64,000 nucleotides of DNA from Macrostomum lignano (taxonomy: Eukaryota), in assembly GCA_002269645.1 (NCBI GenBank), contig NIVC01001403.1, positions 62,001 through 126,000 on the forward strand. The letters run 5' to 3'. The position numbers were made by a program, and so were the translations under genes. Position 1 is the stretch's first letter. The number at the start of each line of letters is the position of its first letter. Below, piece after piece: positions 44,500 to 58,341 of the stretch. A model generated the notes under the pieces. It had not been told where the DNA came from. It saw nothing but the letters and a program-made list of their open reading frames with translations, and searched no databases.

Positions 44500-45620
44500 A
44501 TAAAATAAAAAGAAATCCAAAAATCAACATGTGGTTTTTTTCACACACCAAGGTGCATTGTCAGGTATATTGTTTGAGACAAAAGGTGTGAGTAAGCAAA
44601 TTTATAAATTATTTGTCAATGAAACGTATGTTAGTATGTAGCTGGTGAGTAAGTATTTTGTTTATTATATAGCTTTGTATTTTGTTTCATAGCTGGTGAG
44701 TCACCCACCCTTAATACGCAACTCCAACACAATGGTTCAGGCCATGTTTTTTGATTCCAGGTATTCTGAGTGAGAGAGCATTGACCTTGTTGTAACCACT
44801 GCTAACTCAATTATATTTTGTTTTCTACCTATTGGACATAGTCAGGAAGGTGTCCAGTGTATGCAGGAACTAATTCTGGGCAAAATTTAGCCTGTACACC
44901 AATGTACGCCAATTTTTTTAGCTTCATTTCGAACATTACGCTGTACACTGAGTCTGAAGTCCTTTTTCCATATTTGAAATTGGATTTTACGAAAGAATGG
45001 ACTACTTTATTGCATGCAACAATTTAAAAAAAGTTGAAAACAGAAACAAATAAAACAATTCTTTTTTCACAAAAGTGCAAAATAACAATCTTTAGAAATA
45101 GTTTTCCATTATCTGCTTATTTTTTATTATTCTTTAATTTTTTCAATGGCCATAAATCAACAAAGACATATGATACAATGCAAATAAGATTGAATATTAT
45201 TTGTAAAAAAGGTCACTGTGCAATTGCTTATGTATACAGACAGTGATTATGATGCTGCCAGTAAAATTGGTACACCGATTTTGTCGTTCTGTTGTGTGTG
45301 TACACAGATACGCAAGTTTTCTAAAGATCTGTATGCTGAAACTGATTCTAACGGCCAAGTGTACGCGGGATTATTCCTGCGTACGGACACCTTCCTGACT
45401 ATGGCCTATTGGTCTTTGCCTTGCCTTGCCATATGGACTATTAACCTCCTACTACTCTGTACATACAAAATACTTACTCACTAGCTACATACATTTCATT
45501 GACAAATAATTTATAAATTCGCTTACTCACACCTTCTGTTTCAAACAATATAACTAACAATGCACCTTGCTATGCAAAGAAAAAAACTACATGTTGATTT
45601 TGGGATTTATTTTCATTTTA
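44500..45620. mobile_element. About 1.1-kb foldback element with long imperfect inverted arms
   Basis: 44500-44665 is the reverse complement of 45466-45620; the inner arms 44831-44880 and 45371-45410 also pair. Confidence 0.75.
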
Positions 45621-45628
45621 ATAGAAGT

Positions 45629-46032
45629 TTTGGCAATTGTCAAGTTCCATTCGTTAAATTATTTTAACTCTAGAAAAGTATTATACAAACTGTTTTAAGT
45701 ACAAATAACTACTTTTAAGAGACTTCAGTTTAATTAGGCACTAATTCTATGCTTTAAGTTCAAAACTTGTTGTAAATATAATGTATCTGACATAGAAAAG
45801 CTGCAATAGTCTATGGCTAAAATGTTAACAAGTGAAAAAGTCTTAATAGAAACAAATAAAAAGTATTATTATTGATGGTCAAATTGCCAATAAATAGCAA
45901 AAGCTTTAAAATATAGAATTAGTGCTTAATCAGGCTTGTCTCTTAAAAGTATTTATTTTTACTTGAAACAATTGGTATAATACTTTTCTGGAGTCAAAAT
46001 AATTTATTGAACAAAACTTGACAATTGCCAAA
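45629..46032. mobile_element. MITE-like element with perfect 18-bp TIRs (TTTGGCAATTGTCAAGTT)
   Basis: 45629-45646 is the reverse complement of 46015-46032; no TSD discerned. Confidence 0.5.
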
Positions 46033-46238
46033 GTTTTTTATATTTGACTTTTATAAAAGTCATATATTGTAAGGCCTAATTATATATAGTAGTTGTTATA
46101 TTATTATAGTTACCATATAAATAGCAAAATTTACTTTTAGGGTCAACGCATAAGATACATCTGGGCCTAGGGTCTTTATTTAATATAACTAGGTGTTAAA
46201 CAATATTGAATTTATCAAGATTTTTTACTTCAAGATTT

Positions 46239-47024
46239 GGCTCATTCCATATAAGATAGACATATTTGGAAAATAGAAAAAAGTCAATATTTTTGCTTGC
46301 CATTGCCTAATTAGCCTATTTTTTTACCAAATGTTTATATTGTGCAATATATACAATCTAAGAATAAAGGAATGGTAAAATGTTGGATTAGTATGTTATC
46401 AATTGGCAAAAAGTCATTTTTGTAAAAATTTGGACATTTTTCGAAGCAAAAGACATCATTAAGATTTTGTACCTTTTAAAAACAAATAGAAAGCTTTTGA
46501 AGGTTGAAACAAACTATAGATAAAAGTATAGTACTTGCATCATCAGATAAAAGCATTGGTGACCAAATAATCTATTATATTTTTAATGTATTAGTACCTC
46601 AAAGTTACTGAATTGACAGAAAAAAATATGTTACGACCATAATGTTACGACCATAAGGCTGCCTTTTCTTTTGTATCTTTGTTGACTTTTGAGTTTATAT
46701 ATTCTAATAAAAGAGTATGATTTCTAAAGATGTTCTTAGTCAAATTTTAAAAATGTATTGCAAAATATCAAAAATGAAAAATGTTATAAGACTTTTACCT
46801 TTTAGTTTCTATATGTCAAAAATCCTGTCGTTACGACCATAAGTGTCATTTAAGGTTTAATAGCATCTATACTAATGATGATATCTATATGAAACTCTAT
46901 AAATATATTCTAGACAAAATAATCTTTCATTTAAAATATTGGTTTAGTATATTCTATTATTAGATTTCATTTTATAAGTAAAAATAACCTGTCATGTTAC
47001 GACCATGCTTATATGGAATGAGCC
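46239..47024. mobile_element. MITE with perfect 17-bp TIRs (GGCTCATTCCATATAAG) and subterminal GTTACGACCAT repeats
   Basis: TIRs at 46239-46255 and 47008-47024; GTTACGACCAT occurs 4 times (about 46630, 46645, 46830 and 46996). Confidence 0.65.
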
Positions 47025-47269
47025 ATTTTATATTTTTTCAACAATACAATATGAGATTTGATCAAGATTTTAAGATATATAATTCAAAGGCCTAATTCAA
47101 ATTAGACAAAGCTAAAAAACTGAAACTAGGCCTACCCGTATAACTTTAGTTAAAATCATAACCTTTAGTTCATAAAAAACATAGATTTTTTAGTTCATCA
47201 TTTTTCTTAATATGGCTTAATCCATTAATATGGATGACACTATAATAGGTTGATTTTTGGTATTAATTT

Positions 47270-48010
47270 GATCGAATTTGAATACAATCTACTTTGGTAT
47301 AGCCACTTTGGTAACTGCTACTTCAGTAATAAAAAATGACCACTTTGGTAATAGCCACTTTAGTAACTAAGTAGATTTATGACTACCAATACTATATTTT
47401 TATGGTAATTAAGTTTAGGAACTATTAGTTTAATAATTAACATTTAAACTATTTCATTGCCTAGTGTAGTTTAATTTTCTATTTAAACTAAATTATAATT
47501 TGTTTAAATTTGTGCATTACTTTATAACAAAAATTTAAAGGTGACAGAGAACAACATGCCAATTTCCAGTTTAAAGTTGAAATATTAAAGTGAATAAATT
47601 TAAAATTATAAATGAAAAAAGTAGATTTGGTCAACAAAGTTGCTAACTCAAAGATTCTAATATATATTATATTTGGTCAACAAGATGTCTTAGTTTGTAC
47701 ATATATCTAGTGCACCTAGAAATTAAAATGAAATTTTTTTGTAGATTAAAATATACATTGTTTTTAGCTTTAATCCAAATCTTCAAGTTTTCAAGAACCT
47801 ATTAATCAATTGTTTTTTGTTGTTCTTTCTTTAAACTTTGTTTGTAAAATATTTTTTGAGCATATCAATCAATATATACTGCTATTTCCACTTGTTATTG
47901 AAGTGGCTATTATCAAAATGGCTGTTACAAAATTGGACACATAATTTGTTACCAAAGTGGTTGTTACCAAATTGGACTATTACCATTTAATTCATGTTGA
48001 ATTCAATCTC
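47270..48010. mobile_element. MITE-like element with inverted CCACTTTGGTAA(T)AG / TTACCAAAGTGG subterminal repeats
   Basis: The repeat cluster at 47290-47370 is mirrored at 47895-47990. Confidence 0.55.
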
Positions 48011-51000
48011 TATTTTGTAATTGATATCTAGGTAATCTTTGCTATATTTAGAATAGAAGATTAATATTCAACCTAGGGCTTTGCCTCTTTATTTTACTTT
48101 ATTTTTAACTCAGATTCTTAGCACTTTCTTAAATTGAGATTTGATCAAGAAAAAAGTCAAAATCTTAAATATTGATTACAAGATTAAGATTTCATCCAAC
48201 CTCTTATCTAAATATAACTGTATAAATAGCAAAATTATTATTTTTATGGTCATCGTACATAGAAATCACAATGGCTATTTTTACAGTCATGAGGAAAAAT
48301 ATCATTTAAATCAAAATGTAATAGTTAATATTTATCCATTGTATCAATTTGTTGATTTAACACATTTTTTAAATTTATTCACCTTATTGTTCTTATTTGC
48401 ATTGCAAGCTTGTTATTTTATTTAGATGGTATTTATTTTTTAAGTGTTGACTATAAAATAACTATCTCACTTTTATATAGTCACCATAATAATAACAACT
48501 GCTATTATATAAATAGGCAATCTACAACTACAAAATCATATGTTTGTTTAATATTAATTTAGTATGAATTTTCTTAATGAAAGTAATAAAAGTTACATTT
48601 TGGCTAGCTACTTTCAAGCTGACTATGGTCTATAGAGAAATTTCAGCTGTGACTAAGCTACCAAGCTTTTATTTATAGAGTAATATAGCTTATAGAATTA
48701 TATAAAATGTATTTTGGCTAGTTCATATAGTCCCTTTTGGAAAAAAGTTGTTAAATAGTAGATAGCTATCTAGCATATTTTCAGTATGACCCTGCAATGC
48801 AGTGCATTTTCTATTAGGCACAGTGTGGTGTAGCACAGTAGGATACTTTGTGTGTAGTGCTTAGAATCTATATCAAAATGGTCATATACAAAATTGACAA
48901 AATGTCAAAACATCAAAAGTTGGCAACATTTTTGGTATGCTCTGCATAGTAGTGCTGTTTTATTAGTGTGTTACCATTGCCAAAGCAATGGAGAATGTTA
49001 AAAACCTTTATTGTTACACCTTACTCCCAAATCTTATATATATGCTAGAAAATTCTGGCATGTAATGGGCATGAAAAAAATTGGTATAAAGTATCTGGCG
49101 TAGGAAATAATCTGCCAGAATATTGTACTGCAGAGCTGGTATATAGCATAGCTGTTTGCATACAAAAGACCAAAATGTCATAATGCAAGACAGGGTTCTA
49201 TAGTCCTGACTCCTATCTTGTTGCAAAGCAGAAAAGTCCTTTATTGTTCCAATGACTTTTTGATAATGTCTGGCATATGTATCATGAGTAAATTTGTTTT
49301 CTGGCATAAACCTAAATTTATAGTTTAGGGGATATGAAGTCTAGCTCCAAATGACTAAGAATAAGATTATTCAAGTGTGTGTATGAGCCTCGCAGGCTAG
49401 CTCAATCTTGGTTTGTAGCTTGTTGCTGGGGCACCAGGCCCCAGGGTTCTTTATTTATTTCTCTGCTTCCCAGCTTGGGGGAATACAACCAGTAGGCCTA
49501 TGCTTGTTGGGGGAAAAGGGTACAGATAGACCGACTTGTGCATAGGACTTGGACATGCATTGGCTATACAGTGATGACTGTAATGGCTAGACAGAGACCG
49601 GTGCTTGGTGGGACTGAGGAGTGTGAGTAACAGATAGATAGACACTACAGAGGGGTCACACTTTCTAGTATACCATGTAACAGATTTGAGAATATAGTTA
49701 TTGCAATGCTTCTTGGGCCTAGTGCACACACATAGTGACCTTGACCTTAAATACAGCACATGTACCTTAGAGAATAACCCCATTGGTGCATTTTTGCAGG
49801 ATCTTTGATGCATGTATATGCATTTTAAAATTTATTCCAATATAAATAGTAGTAGGTATATAGTATATAGTAGGAGTAAAGCCCAAGTTTGGGCCAAGCC
49901 TACATTTGAAAAGTGAAACATTGCAACCTTGGATTACATACTATCAAGGTACCTGTTATATTAGAATTGTGTCTAGTGGCTAAAGTTTGGACTGCTAATT
50001 GCCTGCTAGTTTCTTTGAGACCCAAGTCTTTATATTCTAGTTGTATCAATGCCTATGTATATTGCCAATAGCTAGGAAATAAAAATCAAAAAGAGTATAA
50101 AGGAAAGGAAAAGCTAAAAAGTATCATATAAAATCTTAAAAATGAAAATAAAGTTTGCAAAAAATATACAACTTGTAAAAGTTTGTTCAAAAGACATCTA
50201 AGCAGATTAGGAAAAAGCTAAAAACTAAGCAAATAGATGAAGCAAAGCAACTTTTTAGAGATGAAAAAAGCCAAGAAGGCTAAAGATCATGATCTATAAA
50301 AGCTAAGACAAGAACTTGCTAGGAAAAGACCTAGGAAGCCCAATTGCAGCGCATAAGCATTTTGGTAGATGGCATCCAATGTGGATCAGCCTGGCTTAGT
50401 GCGGCGTGGCATGGCAGCATGGTATAGAGCAGTGGGAGGCTAAAAAACATGAGGCACTTTTTCCTCCCCTATGCATTGTGCCACTGCCGCGTAATTAGGG
50501 TGTGGGTGTCTAGAGCACCTAAGCTATGCGCTGCTAGGAAGACAAGAAAATTGTAGAGGCTATGTATACATATTAGGTTTGCTTAATTCATTACTTTTAG
50601 GTAGAAATGCACTTTTGTTTGCAGAAGTAAAACTACAAAACATTTAAATTTGTATTGAAATTTTTAGTAAATATCTATGCTAGTAGTTGTTTAGTACTTA
50701 TAAATGTCAAAACAAGTATGGCCCAAAAAGACTATGCCTTACTCCCATCAATGGGGGTTATGATCATGGCTGAAATTTGGCAATCAAAACTGAATTATCT
50801 TCAAGGCAATAAAACCTAAAAAACCTTAGTAAAACAAATAAAAATAAAAATAAAAATAGTAATAATAATAAAATAATTACTTTTAAATACTTTTTCTTTT
50901 TAGTTATGACTAGGATCATGATTAAACAAGTTACAGTTTATTTAACAACAAAACAAAACAACAAAACAGTTTCATTTTGTCTAAATAAACTGTACATATA

Positions 51001-53132
51001 ATAACTTTTTTTCTATATGTTTTTTCTAGTATATGTTGTCTTTCGATATTTTATAATTAATATTAGTTTGAATGTTTTATGTTTTGACCCCAATTGTAGC
51101 TAATGGCCATTATTGCAAATAATATCTGATATAGATTGGCCCCTTACAGTGGCACAATGTGCAATGATTGGCATTGCATATGGTAATAGCATATCATGCA
51201 GGGTAGTGGCATAATGCATAGTTCGAGCACTAGGAAGGGGTGTCCTATACACCAAATTGCTAATCCGTGGGACTTGCACTAGTATAAGAAAGGGAAGGAA
51301 GGCATCTAGTATAGTTCAGACCTTAACTGCAATAGGGGTCACAATTATCCTTAACAGAATTACCCTATTGCTATTCATGGTTATTGTATCAACAATATTT
51401 CAAAAAATATGATTCAAGCCTCTAATAGAAGAAGGTTTTCATTTTATTTATCTTCTAAATTGGCCAACAGTATGTTTTAATAGATTAATATATTATTTGT
51501 CAACTGTTGACATGATAATGTATTGCAGTTCTTATTGTAAGATTTATTAAATATAAATAAAACATGAGTGAAAATACATGAGAGAAAAAAGGAAAGTATT
51601 ATTTTTAGTTATGCTTGCACTTTTATAATATTCAGTTGTAGGTATCACTAATATTAGGAAATAACTTTGTTACATTATGTGAAATACCCAGCAGAACTAG
51701 CCAATCTAGCCATATAGCAAGGGGCCTAGCCAATTTGTTCAGTTGATATTTTGCATTTTTGGTCAAAAAGTAAGTTGCATGGCCAATATCAATTGGGAGG
51801 TTGCGCATACATGTATTTTAATGCAATAGTTTACTAGACATTTTTTTAGATTTGAACCTTACTAAAAAAGAGTATTGGTATTAGCTAGGGGTCAGATAGA
51901 TCTCAACCTCAAATGCATCTTTAATATCAAATCCCTATGTTTAATCTCAACAATCTTATCTCATTTTCCTATTTTGGTCTCAATATTGTCTTAAACATAA
52001 ATAAAGTTGAGGTTTAAGATTTTATATCTATAGCTTTCCCTTGCTCTATTAGCTGCATTCACCAACAGATACCACACCCATATATAGGCCTATAGTACAC
52101 ATTAGCAATCTAGTGCCCCCCTTTGGGTCACCCAAAAAGCAAGAGGCAAATTATTTATGTGAATCCTACTTTCCTTGACACCTAAGCAATCCCCCCCTAT
52201 AAACCTTGGCATCTCAACAAATATAAATATTCTATACAATATTTGAGTCAGTATACAATTCACTTAAAAAAATTTATGTATAACAATGTTAGCATCTAAT
52301 ATTATTTATTATTTTGCATACAAAGACTAAGTATATTATTGTAAATGGCAATAATATTATAGGTTAAATTAAAATAAAGACAACAAAAATTAGGCTTATG
52401 TTTTATGATTGAAGACATTAGAGAAAAGGTAATTGTTGTGTCTAGTAACTGATGTATTTGTCTTGTTGCAGATTATCTCTTATGGCTGATATTGCTTTTT
52501 AATAAATGCATTTCATGTCCCCCTCCAAATGGGAACATCAGACAAGTATAGCAAAACAGTTAAATTATGTCAGTAAACAGTAAACGCACGCCAACTAGTG
52601 TCAATCTTAGCTAGTTCATGCCATAGCGAGTTTATGGTGCAAATCTGTTAGGTTGCTGCCTAATGTGTGAGCTTTGTCTCAGCGTAGACATTGGATGCTG
52701 TCCATCATCATCCGGGGTCGTTGCCGGTGTAGCAGTAATCTTAAAGAGAAGTTAATGGTTTTTTAGCTAATAAAATAACAAACCAATGTACAAGGTTTTT
52801 TATGATAAAATTTTTTTTATAATATTAAAGTTCTAAAGTACAGCATTGATTAAATGTTCAAAAATTAGTCTTTTAGTTAGGAAATCATTTTTAATTTTTT
52901 AAAGAAAATGCTTATCTACTTTTGTGGCTAAAGTTGCAGTATAAGAAACCTCAATAGGTTTATTAATAAAATCTCTATGACTCCTGACTGGTCCATGTTA
53001 AGCGAAACTTTAATGTACTTTTATTTATGCATGACTAAAACCGTCTTGCCAATCAGACAATCCGTCCAGTGAAAGCCCTTTAGCCAACATTCGCTATCGA
53101 TAGCAGCAGAACAATAAAGCCATTGTAAGGCC

Positions 53133-56100
53133 ATGCCAGACACTGCACAGCAACAGCAGAAGGCCGCCAACGGTGCCAGCGGCAGCGGCGGCAAGTTCAT
53201 CGACAGCGTCAACCCTGAAGATCCAGAATATCAACGCCAGATGATACGGCCAGCCGAGATCAAGGAGGACCTGACCCTCATGGATCAGCGGAAGCGAGTG
53301 TCTCTGATACTCAACTCCGAAGCCTTCAAGCAGGAGCTGGAAGAGATTATCCAATCCCAGTTGAAGTCTGGCGCCCATCCGGCTTCGCTAATTGCGCTGC
53401 AGCAGATCTCCGACCTGCTGGTGCCGCACTCTGGCGGCGGAGGCCGCAGCGGCGCGCCGGCACCGGCTGGCCAAGTGGTGACGCCCGTCAACGATATCCG
53501 ATCCGTTGACGTGGCCGACTATGACAAAGGCGAGCGACTGCTTCGCTGCAAGCTGGCCGCCGTCTATAGGCTGCTGGACATCAACGCCTGGTCCGCTGGC
53601 GGCCTGTCTAGCTTGGTTACTGTGAGTGACTGCGTGCTCTATACCCAAGAGTTGTCACTTTTTATTTGTCATTTTTTAAGCTAAAACAGCCCCATTCTGA
53701 AGAATTGACCGTCAGGCCTTCTAAAGAATCGTCCCTCAGCCATAAAAAATCGGTCCCCAGCCATGAAAAATCGCCCCTCAGCCATAAAGATCGTCCCTCA
53801 GCCATAAAGATCGTCCCTCAGCCATAAAGAATCGCCCCTCAGCCATAAAGAATCGCCCCTCAGCCATAAAGAATCGCCCCTCGGCCACAAAGAATCACCC
53901 CTCATTCAAAGAGAGTCGCCACTCAGTCATCAAGAATCGCCACTCAGTCATCAAGAATCGCCCCTCAGTCATCAAGAATCGCCCCTCAGTCATCAAGAAT
54001 CGCCCCTCGGCCATAAAGTTCTTCCCTCGGCCACAAGGAATCACCCCTCAGTCAAAGAGAATCGCCCCTCAGCCATAAATAATCGCCCTCAATCATAAAG
54101 AATTGCCCCTTAGTCATAAAGAATCGCCCCTCAGTCATAAAGAATTGCCCCTCAGTCATTAAGAATCGCCCCTCAGCCATACAGAATCATCCTCAGTCAT
54201 CGTTCTCCTAAATAATTGCGCTAAAATCCTCAATCCCGCCCCTGCCTCCCGCCCTCCGAAACGCGCAGGCCCGCGTCAACAAGGAGACGCAGCACTTCCT
54301 GGTGGCCCCGCACGGCCTCCGCCACAGCGAAGTGACGGCCAGCAGCCTGGCTAAAGTCGGTCTGAATGGCGAGGTCGCCAACTCTGGCAGCTCGGTGTTT
54401 GGCGTCAACCAAACCGCCTGGTTGGCCGCGGCCGCGATTCACTCGGCCAGGCCGGATGTCCGGTCGGTTGTCCAGCTGGCCACGCCGCGAGTTGTCGCCC
54501 TGTCCAACAGCCGGCGCGGCCTGCTGCCGCTGTGCATCGAGGCCTGCGTGCTGGGCGAGGCCGCCCTGGCCGAATCGGCCGATTCTGGCGCCATTAGCGC
54601 CGTATTGGCGCCAAACCATCGCATTCTAATAGTGCGCAATCGGGGCGCCTTTGCCCTGGGCGAAACCCTGGAAGAGGCCTGGATGTACGCCAGCCTGCTG
54701 GCCAGAGCCGCTGACACTCAGCTGGTCTGTCTGCAGGCCGCAGGCGGCAACGTGGACCAGCTGTTGCTGCCCAGCCCGGAGTCCGCCGCCCGCGCCTTCG
54801 AAGTCGGCAACCAAGCCGCCGGCGGGGTGAACCTGAAGACCGCCAGCGGGCACAAGTGGCACCGAGGCGAGCTGGAGTTCGAAGCGGCGATGCGCCGTCT
54901 GGACTCCGAGGGCTACCGCACCGGCTACGCCTATCACGAGCCCAACGTGCGCACCGAGCGTCGGGTGAAACGACACGAGGACGTGGAAATTCCGCCATCC
55001 TCGTCCTCGTTTACCTACGTGTTCGACGGCGACGTGGAGCATTCGAAACTGGTGACGGCCAAACAGGTGCTGGCGGCCGGGCAGCGTGGCCCGCACGGCG
55101 AATGGCTGACCACGCCCAACAGCTACCACCGCGAGGAGATCGAAGAGATCAACACGGACAATCCGAAGAAGTTCACCAAATGGGTTCGCGACGGCCCCGA
55201 TGCCAAGACGGCTGGCGGTACGCCGATAAAAATCAGCAACCCGAATCAGTTCGCGCCGCAGGGCGCCGATCCTAAGGAGTTCCGCAACCAGCAGCGCAAG
55301 GTAAACAATGTCTAAATATTTTTTAGTTTTTTTGAATCTAGGTTGCTGTAGGATTTTGGAGTTTTCACTGCGTTGTCAATTTTTCATAGAAAAGTAAAAG
55401 AAAAACGACGTTTCCTTTTATATCAGCTTTCCCAAGCTTTGATCATCAAGTGTTCTATCCAGCCATTGGAAACAATGACTAGCTCATATGAATAAAACAA
55501 TAAACAAATGCAGGTCAAGGACCACTACTACAAGGACTCCAAGGATGCCGGGCCTCAGAGCCGACTGTTCAAAGACCAGCTGACCACTGACGAGGTCAGC
55601 CGCATGATGGAGGAAGGCCGCGCCAAGGCCGCCTCGGACGGCTCAGTAGTGGTCGGCGCCGCTAGCAAGGGCATCATCGCCAGGCAGCATCAGCACAATG
55701 CTCTGGTCTATCAAAATTATTATTCGCCTAATCCATTCTCCGACGTCACGGATGAACAGTTGAACAACTACGAGGAGAGCGTGCTGGGCAAGAAGAAAGG
55801 CGGCGGTGGCACCACGGAGACTGAGACCGACAGCGAGGCCGAAGGCCGCGCCAAGTCTCAAACTGGCGCTAGCGAAGCGCCGCTGCCCAGCATACCGGAG
55901 GATCGGGCTAGCGCGCCCGGCGGCGCCAAACAGCCGACCGCCGCTGGCGCTGTCACGTCCGACTCTGAGACCGGTTTGTGCTCACCTGGGGGCTGCGGGA
56001 TTTTCCACAATCATTTTTATTATGAATATTTGTTTTTAGCCCTTAAAGTTATTATCTTTTTTAACACTTTAATATCCAGGTAAGTAGAGATTTTTTAATT

Positions 56101-58341
56101 AACAGAATCTCTTAAAAGATTTGCTGCCAATTGATATTTTTATATATTAGCATTGAGTTGAGTTAATCTATCAGTTGTTGTGTACTTATTTCTACTAACA
56201 GATATGCATGTTTGCTTAATATTGTCTATTTAGTGCTTTTGTGTGTTACCTGACTCCAATCTCACTTGTTTGTTGTGATTAACATTGTTTTCGATAAGAT
56301 TTTTTAAAAAACTCTCCACTAACAGACAGCTCAGTGCGGCAGCAGCCGCAGAAGCAGCAGCAACCGCAGGAGCAGCAGAAGGCGAAGTCGCTTCAGCGGC
56401 ACGAGTCTGACCGCCTCGCCGAGGCCCAGAGGCAGCTAGGTTAGTAGCGCTTAGACTGGCTTGGGCTAGGGCTAACACCGCAGTACTCTTACTTTAGCTG
56501 TTGGAAGCTCGTGTAGATATTTAGGCTCAGAATCCTGGAATCATTAACCCGTATAAAACGAAACGGTCACAAAAAGGAGGCTGTTACCGTGTTTTTTACC
56601 GTCACGGTCACCAGTTACCATTGAACAGTAACATGGTTACCCTAAACAAAACGGTCACAAATTACGGTAACATTGATCGGTAACATGTGACCCTGAACAA
56701 ACGGTCACAAAATACGGTAACATTGATCGGTAACATGTGACCCTGAACAAACGGTAACAAATTTCGGTAACATTGATCGGTAACATGTGACCCTGAACAA
56801 ACGGTCACAAATTACGATAACATTAATCGGTAACATGTGACCCTGAACAAACGGTAACAAATTACGGTAACATTGATCGGTAACATGTGACCCTGAACAA
56901 ACGGTCACAAATTACGGTAACATTGATCGGTAACATGTGACCCTGAACAAACGGTCACAAAATACGGTAACATTGATCGGTAACATGTGGCCTGAACAAA
57001 CGGTCACAAATTACGGTAACATTGATCGGTAACATGTGACCCTGAACAAACGGTCACAAATTACGGTAACATTGATCGGTAACATGTGACCCTGAACAAA
57101 CAGTCACAAATTACGGTAACATTGATCGGTAACATGTGACCCTGAACAAACGGTCACAAAATACGGTAACATTGATCGGTAACATGTGACCCTGAACAAA
57201 CGGTAACAAATTACGATAACATTGATCGATAACATGTGACCCTGAACAAACAGTCACAAAATACGGTAACATTGATCGGTAACATGTGACCCTGAACAAA
57301 CGGTAACATTGATCGGTAACATGTGACCCTGAACAAACAGTCACAAATTACGGTAACATTGATCGATAACATGTGACCCTGAACAAACAGTCACAAAATA
57401 CGATAACATTGATCGGTAACATGTGACCCTGAACAAACAGTCACAAATTACGATAACATTAATCGGTAACATGTGACCCTGAACAAACAGTCACAAATTA
57501 CGGTAACATTGATCGGTAACATGTGACCCTGAACAAACGGTCACAAAATACGGTAACATTGATCGGTAACATGTGACCCTGAACAAACGGTAACAAATTA
57601 CGGTAACATTGATCGGTAACATGTGACCCTGAACAAACAGTCACAAAATACGGTAACATTGATCGGTAACATGTGACCCTGAACAAACGGTAACATTGAT
57701 CGGTAACATGTGACCCTGAACAAACAGTCACAAAATACGGTAACATTGATCGGTAACATGTGACCCTGAACAAACGGTAACAAATTACGGTAACATTGAT
57801 CGGTAACATGTGACCCTGAACAAACAGTCACAAAATACGGTAACATTGATCGGTAACATGTGACCCTGAACAAACGGTAACAAATTACGGTAACATTGAT
57901 CGGTAACATGTGACCCTGAACAAACGGTAACAAATTACGGTAACATTGATCGGTAATATGTGACCCTGAACAAACGGTCACAAATTATGGTAACATTGAT
58001 CGGTAACATGTGACCCTGAACAAACGGTCACAAAATATGGTAACATTAATCGGTAACATGTGACCTGAACAAACGGTAACAAATATGGTAACTATGAACG
58101 GTATCATGTTACCTTATTTTCATGAACATGAACGGTCACAATCATTACACACCGAGGTATCAAGTGGAACGGTAACAGTCCCCTTTTTGTGACCGTTTCA
58201 TTTTATACGGGTAATTAGTTAATTAATTGCTAATTAACCAACCAACCCGCGTTGGCGTGAATTCTTCCTAATTTTCAACAGCCACTGGCCCAGCTAAGAG
58301 CGCCACAGTTGACAGGGCCCAGTCTCAGCGTCTGGCAGGAG
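53133..58341 (+). CDS. ADD1: Adducin (hts-like): class II aldolase-like head, neck and start of the tail; exons 53133-53621, 54269-55300, 55514-55973, 56326-56439, 58282-58341; the tail continues downstream
   Basis: DLTLMDQRKRVSLILNSEAFKQELE; ERLLRCKLAAVYRLLD; SEVTASSL; AIHSARPDVR; GETLEEAW; GELEFEAAMRRLDSEGYRTGY; NPNQFAPQGADPKEFR; GPQSRL. Phases 0,0,1,1,1 are consistent. Confidence 0.9.
53740..54200. repeat. Degenerate 20-22-bp minisatellite (AAGAATCGCCCCTCAGYCATA), adducin intron 1
   Basis: Direct periodicity. Confidence 0.88.
56548..58211. mobile_element. Non-autonomous DNA transposon: ~45-bp TIRs (CCCGTATAAAAYGAAACGGTCACAAAAAGG...), TAA target duplication, interior a ~50-bp tandem array
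   Basis: Left CCCGTATAAAACGAAACGGTCACAAAAAGGAGGCTGTTACCGT matches the reverse complement of the right end. TAA lies at 56545-56547 and 58212-58214. The array unit GGTAACATTGATCGGTAACATGTGACCCTGAACAAACGGTCACAAATTAC contains the TIR motif AAACGGTCACAAA. Confidence 0.85.

Noticed and set aside
49000-50530. Decayed transposase or Lys/Glu-rich ORF remnants
   Set aside because: Multiple stops and no recognisable motif; a family cannot be supported without a search.
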